This document shows positions 26,776 through 32,000 of a stretch of 32,000 bases of DNA, in pieces. Positions within the stretch are counted from its first letter, which is position 1, and each line of letters opens with the position of its first letter. A program made the translations under genes and the position numbers. The notes beneath the pieces are model-generated. The model searched no databases and was not told the origin of the DNA. It saw nothing but the letters and a program-made list of their open reading frames with translations. Origin of the DNA: Prochlorococcus marinus subsp. pastoris str. CCMP1986 (GTDB taxonomy: Bacteria > Cyanobacteriota > Cyanobacteriia > PCC-6307 > Cyanobiaceae); assembly GCF_000011465.1 (NCBI RefSeq), contig NC_005072.1, positions 60,001-92,000 on the forward strand. Reading direction: 5' to 3'.

Positions 26776-27960
26776 ATGAAATCAATAAAAAAACCAATAG
26801 TAATAGTTGGAGCAGGCTTTGGAGGTATGACAGTTGCTTCAAACTTAAAAGAACTTAATCCTTCTTTGCCGATCCTAGTCGTTGATTCTGAAGCAAAGTT
26901 TATATTTAAACCTTTAATGTATGAAGTTTTAAGCGAAGAATTATCAATGTGGGAGACTGCTCCTGAATTTTCAAATATATTTTCAAATTTAGGTATTACA
27001 TTTCTAAGAAATTGTTTAACTAAAATTAGATTTGATGAAAAGATTCTCGAATTTAGTGATGATTTAAATATAGGTTATGAATGTTTGATTCTTTGTACAG
27101 GATCCTTATCTAGTAATTTTTCAGTTAGAGGAGTAGATGAAAATTGTTATTTTTTCAATAATTTAAATGATCTTAAAAAATTAAAGTCGTTTTTACAAAA
27201 GTTTCAGAATGACAAAATTAAGAAAAACTTATTTGTAATTGGAGCTGGTCCTTCTGGGGTAGAGATCGCATGCAAAATTAATGATATATATAAAAATAAA
27301 TTTGATATAAGTATTGTTGAAAGGTCTAATGAAATTTTAGGTCGAAATAAGATTTTTAATCGAGAAGAAGCCGAGAAAGCTTTAGAAAAAAGAAAAATAA
27401 ATGTTCTTTTAAATTCAACTGTTCAAGAAATTTCTGACCAAAAAATTAGTATTTTGGATGGTTCTGAGATTAAAGACTTAGATCAAGATATTGTGATCTG
27501 GACTGCTGGGGTCAAACCTAACCTTCCATACATTGACGCACAAGTCACACAAAAAGATGGAAGAATTCTCGTGAATGAAAATTTTCAGATAGATAATTGT
27601 GTAAACTCTTTTGCTATTGGAGATATTTCAATTATTAAAGGTATGGAGGATTTGCCTTTGACCGCTCAAGTTGCAATGCAACAAGGAAATCATCTTGCTA
27701 AAAATATCGAATTACTCTTTCAAGAAAAAGAGCTTTTGCCTTTTAATTTTGAGGACAATGGTGAAATGATTAGTTTAGGAATTGGTGAAGCATCCATCTC
27801 TGCTTTAGGTGTAACTTTATCGGGTAAATTTGCATTTGAAGCAAGAAGATTGATTTATGCTTCAAAAATGCCTGATATTAGTAAAAGCTTAAAATCTACG
27901 GCTTCTTGGTTATTTCAAAAAAAATCTACTATAAATAACTTTATTAATAAAAAACCATAA
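26776..27960 (+). CDS. Type II NADH dehydrogenase (NDH-2) family flavoprotein
   Basis: 394 aa with two dinucleotide-binding motifs (IVGAGFGGM, VIGAGPSGVE) and AIGDIS. Confidence 0.88.
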   Translation: MKSIKKPIVIVGAGFGGMTVASNLKELNPSLPILVVDSEAKFIFKPLMYEVLSEELSMWETAPEFSNIFSNLGITFLRNCLTKIRFDEKILEFSDDLNIGYECLILCTGSLSSNFSVRGVDENCYFFNNLNDLKKLKSFLQKFQNDKIKKNLFVIGAGPSGVEIACKINDIYKNKFDISIVERSNEILGRNKIFNREEAEKALEKRKINVLLNSTVQEISDQKISILDGSEIKDLDQDIVIWTAGVKPNLPYIDAQVTQKDGRILVNENFQIDNCVNSFAIGDISIIKGMEDLPLTAQVAMQQGNHLAKNIELLFQEKELLPFNFEDNGEMISLGIGEASISALGVTLSGKFAFEARRLIYASKMPDISKSLKSTASWLFQKKSTINNFINKKP

Positions 27961-28019
27961 ATAAGCTTAAACTTTTGTGGCCTATTGTTTATAGGTATAT
28001 TGAGTTAAATAAGTTTGAT

Positions 28020-29828
28020 ATGAATCTGATTTCTTTTTTTAGTAATAATTTAGATGCACTAATAACAGTATTAGTTTTATTTCTGTCATTAATTTTATTT
28101 ATAAAAAATACTATAGCCCCTGAATTAACTGGTTTATTATGCGTTGGAATATTTATTGTCACTGGAGTTCTAACCCCTGAAAAAGCCTTATCTGGATTTG
28201 GAAGCCCATCTTTAATCACTTTGATGGGTTTATTTGCAGTCTCATCTGCATTATTTAAAAGTGGTGCGTTAGACAGAGTAAGGGAGCTTATATCCTCTGA
28301 AAATATTAAAACGCCTAGAAAATTAATTTTACTTATAACTTTTTTAATAGCTCCAATATCTGGAATCGTTCCCAATACGCCAGTTGTAGCTTCCCTTTTG
28401 CCTTTAATTGAAGGCTGGTGTGAACGACGAAATATTTCACCTTCCAAAGTCCTTTTACCTTTATCTTTTGCAACTCTATTAGGAGGAACACTTACATTAT
28501 TAGGTAGCTCAGTAAATCTGCTAGTAAGTGATATTAGTCAGCAATTAGGCTATGGTTCTCTTGAATTATTTAGCTTGACTTCAATAGGGATTCCAGTTTG
28601 GTTAATAGGCACAACATATATGATCTTAGTCTCTGATGTTCTTTTGCCTGATAGAGGAAGAAATAAAGATTTTATTAAAAATGGTAATATGAATATCTAT
28701 TTTACAGAAGTTACCATTCCTTCTTCCTCCGAATTAGTTGGCCAATCAGTAAGAAATAGTAGATTACAAAGAAGATTTGATGTTGATGTTCTTGAGTTGC
28801 AAAGAAACGGAAAAGTAATATTACCTCCTCTTGCAGATCGCAAATTTGAGCCTGAAGATAGATTGATAGTACGTGTTACGAGGGCAGATTTATTGCGATT
28901 ACAACAAGAACATACAATTTTGTTAGCTGAAAACAAGAGATCTATTGTCGGAACAAATCTTCTCTCTAATGAAGAAGGTACTAAAACTTTCGAGGCTTTG
29001 CTCCCTTCAGGATCAACTTTAGCAGGAGCAAGCTTGAGAGAACTGAGATTTAGGCAACGCCATAATGCCACAGTTTTAGCCCTCAGAAGAGGACAACAAA
29101 CTGTTCAGGAAAGATTAGGTCAAGCCGTTTTAAGAGCAGGAGATGTTTTGTTACTTCAGGCACCTTTAGACTCAATAAGAGGTCTGCAAGCAAGTAACGA
29201 CTTATTAATTTTAGATCAATTTGAAGATGATTTACCATTTTTAATTAGAAAACCAATTGCAATTGCAATTGCAATTGGTATGGTTCTCTTGCCTGCTCTA
29301 ACTAATATTCCATTAGTAGGGTCAGTTCTTTTAGCAGTTATAGCGATGGTTGCTTTTGGATGTTTGCGTCCTGCAGAAATACAAAGGTCAATTAGGTTAG
29401 ATATTATTTTATTATTAGGTTCACTATCAAGCTTCAGTGTAGCTATGCAAGTCACTGGATTGGCAGATCTAATAGCCATAAATTTGGATTTTATCCTAAG
29501 TGGAATGCCACTTTATTTTGCTTTAATAGTAATTTTTATATCAACTGTAATACTAACTCAATTTATAAGTAACGCTGCTTCTGTCGCGCTGATATTGCCT
29601 GTAGCTATTCAGTTTTCAAGCGTTCTAGGGATCTCACCAAATGCCCTGATAATGCTTGTATTGTTCGGTGCAAGTCAATCATTCTTAACTCCAATGGGTT
29701 ATCAAACAAATTTAATGGTTTATGGACCTGGGAGATATAGATTTTTTGATATTGCAAAATATGGGGCGGGTTTAACACTTATAATGTCTTTGATTGTGCC
29801 TGCTTTGATAATTTTAAATTTTAAATAA
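28020..29828 (+). CDS. SLC13/DASS-type anion permease with two internal TrkA-C (RCK_C) domains
   Basis: Multi-TM halves flank two cytoplasmic RCK_C-like repeats (ELVGQSVRNSRLQRRFDVDVLELQRNGKVI...DRLIVRV and TLAGASLRELRFRQRHNATVLALRRGQQTV...GDVLLLQA). I prefer ATG 28020 (MNLISFF...) over the TTG 27975 start in the track. Confidence 0.85.
   Translation: MNLISFFSNNLDALITVLVLFLSLILFIKNTIAPELTGLLCVGIFIVTGVLTPEKALSGFGSPSLITLMGLFAVSSALFKSGALDRVRELISSENIKTPRKLILLITFLIAPISGIVPNTPVVASLLPLIEGWCERRNISPSKVLLPLSFATLLGGTLTLLGSSVNLLVSDISQQLGYGSLELFSLTSIGIPVWLIGTTYMILVSDVLLPDRGRNKDFIKNGNMNIYFTEVTIPSSSELVGQSVRNSRLQRRFDVDVLELQRNGKVILPPLADRKFEPEDRLIVRVTRADLLRLQQEHTILLAENKRSIVGTNLLSNEEGTKTFEALLPSGSTLAGASLRELRFRQRHNATVLALRRGQQTVQERLGQAVLRAGDVLLLQAPLDSIRGLQASNDLLILDQFEDDLPFLIRKPIAIAIAIGMVLLPALTNIPLVGSVLLAVIAMVAFGCLRPAEIQRSIRLDIILLLGSLSSFSVAMQVTGLADLIAINLDFILSGMPLYFALIVIFISTVILTQFISNAASVALILPVAIQFSSVLGISPNALIMLVLFGASQSFLTPMGYQTNLMVYGPGRYRFFDIAKYGAGLTLIMSLIVPALIILNFK
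29254..29277. repeat. Tandem (CAATTG)x4; with flanking C and G it is a 26-bp perfect palindrome (29253-29278) inside the SLC13 permease CDS
   Basis: Read directly: CCAATTGCAATTGCAATTGCAATTGG. It encodes P-I-A-I-A-I-A-I-G on the sense strand and the same peptide on the antisense strand. Confidence 0.95.
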
Positions 29829-29837
29829 TTAAATAAA

Positions 29838-31241
29838 GTGAAAATAAAGAACGTTGTTTATAAATTAAAAGAAATATACAGAAAGTTATCTGTACCTCAA
29901 TTCACTATTGTCACAGGTTTAATTATTATTATTTTTGGAACCTTAATTTTAAGTTCCCCATTATGTTCTTCATCGGATGTGGGTTTGTGGGAAGCATTCT
30001 TTACGTCTACTTCTGCAATAACCGTTACTGGATTAACTATCATTGATGTAGGGGTTGATTTAAATATTTTTGGGCAAATTTTCTTAGCTTTAATGCTTTT
30101 ATCAGGTGGTTTAGGCTTAATGGCTATTACAACTTTCTTACAAGGATTTGTTGTGAAAGGGACTCAGCTTAGAACTAGATTGGATAAAGGCAAGACTCTT
30201 GACGAATTTGGGGTTGGTGGAATTGGTAGAACTTTTCAAAGCATCGCTATTACTGCCACTTCTATTATTTCTTTTGGTGCAATAGTATTGTATTTTTTCG
30301 GTTTTTTAGAAATTCAAAATAATTGGCAAAGATTATGGTCTGCAATTTTTCATAGCATTTCTGCATATAACAATGCAGGTTTTTCTTTATGGTCTAAAAG
30401 CCTTCAAGATTATCGATCTAATTTTGTTGTTAATGTTGTATTTATTTTTTTAATTGTGATGGGAGGACTTGGTTGGAGAGTTATTGACGATATATGGAGT
30501 AATAGAAAAAATCTTTCATATAAAAAATTAAGTCTTCATTCTAGATTAGTAATTAGGACAAGTTTTTCCTTAATAATTTTTGGATCATTAGGTTTTTTCA
30601 TAACAGAGACATTATTAAATAGTCAATTTTTTAGTGATCTAAATTTCTTTGAGAAAGTTTTATCATCTATTTTCGAGACTGTGAGTGCAAGAACAGCGGG
30701 ATTTACAAATTTTCCAATATCTTTAAACTCAATATCAGATACTGGTCTCTTGCTATTAATGACGTTGATGTTTATTGGAGCTAGCACCGGTGGTACTGGT
30801 GGTGGAATCAAAACTACAACTTTTATTGCCTTAATGGCAGCAACTAGATCAACGTTAAGGGGACAAAAAGATGTAATTATTAGTAATAGATTAATTTCAG
30901 ATAAGGTTATTTTGAAAGCAGTTGGAATAACTGTTGGCTCTTTACTTTTTGTTCTCTTGATGGCTATGTTATTAAGTACTACGAATACTTTTATTAAAAA
31001 AGAATCATTTACATTTCTAGAAATTCTTTTCACATGTATTTCTGCATTTGCAACTGTAGGTTTTGATATCGGTTTGACAGCAAAATTAAATCATTTTGGT
31101 CAATTTATTTTAATTATTGGTATGTTCGTGGGAAGACTTGGGATTCTTTTGCTTTTAAGTGCTCTGTGGCAGGCTCTATATAAGAGTAGAATAGAAAGAC
31201 AAAAAAGAATTGGCTATCCAAAAGCTGATCTTTATGTTTAG
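29838..31241 (+). CDS. ktrB: K+ uptake membrane subunit (KtrB/TrkH family)
   Basis: 467 aa polytopic protein with pore-loop glycine motifs (LSGGLGLMA, GASTGGTGGGIKTTT, ATVGFDIGL). GTG start 9 nt after the upstream stop. Confidence 0.9.
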   Translation: MKIKNVVYKLKEIYRKLSVPQFTIVTGLIIIIFGTLILSSPLCSSSDVGLWEAFFTSTSAITVTGLTIIDVGVDLNIFGQIFLALMLLSGGLGLMAITTFLQGFVVKGTQLRTRLDKGKTLDEFGVGGIGRTFQSIAITATSIISFGAIVLYFFGFLEIQNNWQRLWSAIFHSISAYNNAGFSLWSKSLQDYRSNFVVNVVFIFLIVMGGLGWRVIDDIWSNRKNLSYKKLSLHSRLVIRTSFSLIIFGSLGFFITETLLNSQFFSDLNFFEKVLSSIFETVSARTAGFTNFPISLNSISDTGLLLLMTLMFIGASTGGTGGGIKTTTFIALMAATRSTLRGQKDVIISNRLISDKVILKAVGITVGSLLFVLLMAMLLSTTNTFIKKESFTFLEILFTCISAFATVGFDIGLTAKLNHFGQFILIIGMFVGRLGILLLLSALWQALYKSRIERQKRIGYPKADLYV

Positions 31242-31259
31242 CCTTTACAAATATTTATT

Positions 31260-31964
31260 ATGGCTGATTGGTGGCAATGGTCTCAACAAAAAGAAGAGCA
31301 AGCTCTAACTTTCGCAGTTGTAGGAGTTGGAAGATTTGGAACGGCTGTTTGTAGAGAACTTATAAGTAATGGCGTAGATGTTTTAGCTGCAGATGCTTCT
31401 GAGAAGGCTATTGATGATTTAAGACAATTAGAACCTTCTATTGAAGCCAGAGTAATAGATTGTACTGATGAGGAATCAATGAAGGAATCAGGTATCTTAG
31501 AGATGAATACAGTTGTAGTCGGTATTAGTGAGCCTATTGAAGCAAGTATTACCACTACTCTTATTGCTAAGGATAGTGAAGGAACAAAAGTAAAAAGAGT
31601 AATTGCAAGAGCTACGAGTGATTTGCATGAAAAGATGTTAAAAAGAGTAGGTGCTGATAAGGTCGTTTTCCCTTCTAGAATGCAAGGTGAAAGGTTAGGT
31701 TTAGAACTTGTTAGACCAAATCTAATTGAAAGATTAGAATTGGACAATCAAACTGGAATAGATGAATTAACAGTTCCAGAAGAATTTATTGGTAGATCTT
31801 TAAGAGATTTAAATTTAAGAAAAAATTATTTAGTTAACGTTCTTGCTGCTGGTCCTCCGGAACAATTAACAGTGAATCCTCCTGCAAAATATATTCTTGA
31901 GAGAGGAAATATTTTGGTAGTTATGGGGAAAACTTTAGATTTACAAAAATTACCTCAAAATTAA
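31260..31964 (+). CDS. ktrA: K+ uptake regulatory subunit (KtrA/TrkA; RCK_N + RCK_C)
   Basis: 234 aa. Rossmann motif VVGVGRFGTAVCREL and a C-terminal RCK_C (FIGRSLRDLNLRKNYLVNVLA...GNILVVMG). Lies 18 nt downstream of ktrB. Confidence 0.9.
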   Translation: MADWWQWSQQKEEQALTFAVVGVGRFGTAVCRELISNGVDVLAADASEKAIDDLRQLEPSIEARVIDCTDEESMKESGILEMNTVVVGISEPIEASITTTLIAKDSEGTKVKRVIARATSDLHEKMLKRVGADKVVFPSRMQGERLGLELVRPNLIERLELDNQTGIDELTVPEEFIGRSLRDLNLRKNYLVNVLAAGPPEQLTVNPPAKYILERGNILVVMGKTLDLQKLPQN

Positions 31965-32000
31965 TTATTTATTCTCGGATTTTTTGGTATACCTAATCCT

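Noticed and set aside
27989-28447. 152-aa ORF antisense to the SLC13 permease. Similar antisense ORFs lie at 28697-29071 and 29216-29479.
   Set aside because: These lie entirely opposite a CDS with strong family support. The translations are low-complexity with no recognisable motif. Long stop-free antisense frames arise passively when the sense gene lacks the few codon junctions that read as stops on the other strand.
31283-31747. 154-aa ORF antisense to ktrA, and a 136-aa ORF (30623-31033) antisense to ktrB.
   Set aside because: In this phase an antisense stop requires a sense xxT-TAx, xxC-TAx or xxT-CAx junction. ktrA has few Tyr, His or Gln in that stretch, so the open frame is expected by chance. 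There are no motifs and no independent start context.
1-32000. Looked for CRISPR arrays, IS elements or transposases, integrases next to the tRNA, phage genes, toxin-antitoxin pairs and defence systems.
   Set aside because: I found no spaced direct-repeat arrays, no recombinase, transposase or nuclease ORFs, and no compositional island. The tRNA-Leu is flanked by housekeeping genes, so there is no evidence of an integrated element.

Overview
AT-rich (about 30% GC by eye), tightly packed window. Gene content and order look like core chromosome of a high-light-adapted Prochlorococcus-type marine picocyanobacterium; that assignment is inferred from gene content, not from a search. In order: smc, PRC-barrel gene, LpxB-like gene, tRNA-Leu, accC, ycf19-like, psbX, ycf66, hli, ABC transporter, HIT, def, S9 peptidase, sufBCDS, pgm, rarA, PPTase, bcp, coaX, cysH, NDH-2, SLC13 permease, ktrBA. 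I call 30 protein-coding genes and one tRNA. One CDS is a 56-codon ORF missing from the supplied track. Four track ORFs get revised starts. About 20 track ORFs are rejected as antisense or alternate-frame shadows. I saw no CRISPR array, IS element, integrase, phage, toxin-antitoxin or defence genes, and no convincing novel multi-gene system. This is an ordinary housekeeping region, so the findings are modest. They include a tRNA-Leu whose anticodon reads AAG (A34), and a poorly characterised patch between sufB and pgm (19.1-21.2 kb). That patch holds a 120-aa non-SufR gene at the usual sufR position, a 263-bp structured spacer, a Rho_N/DUF4912-like protein and the small membrane ORF. Other findings are head-to-head PPTase/bcp genes with overlapping start codons, convergent genes with overlapping stop codons, and a 26-bp perfect palindrome, (CAATTG)x4, inside the SLC13 permease gene. 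All functional calls rest on motifs I recognise in the translations; no database search was run.
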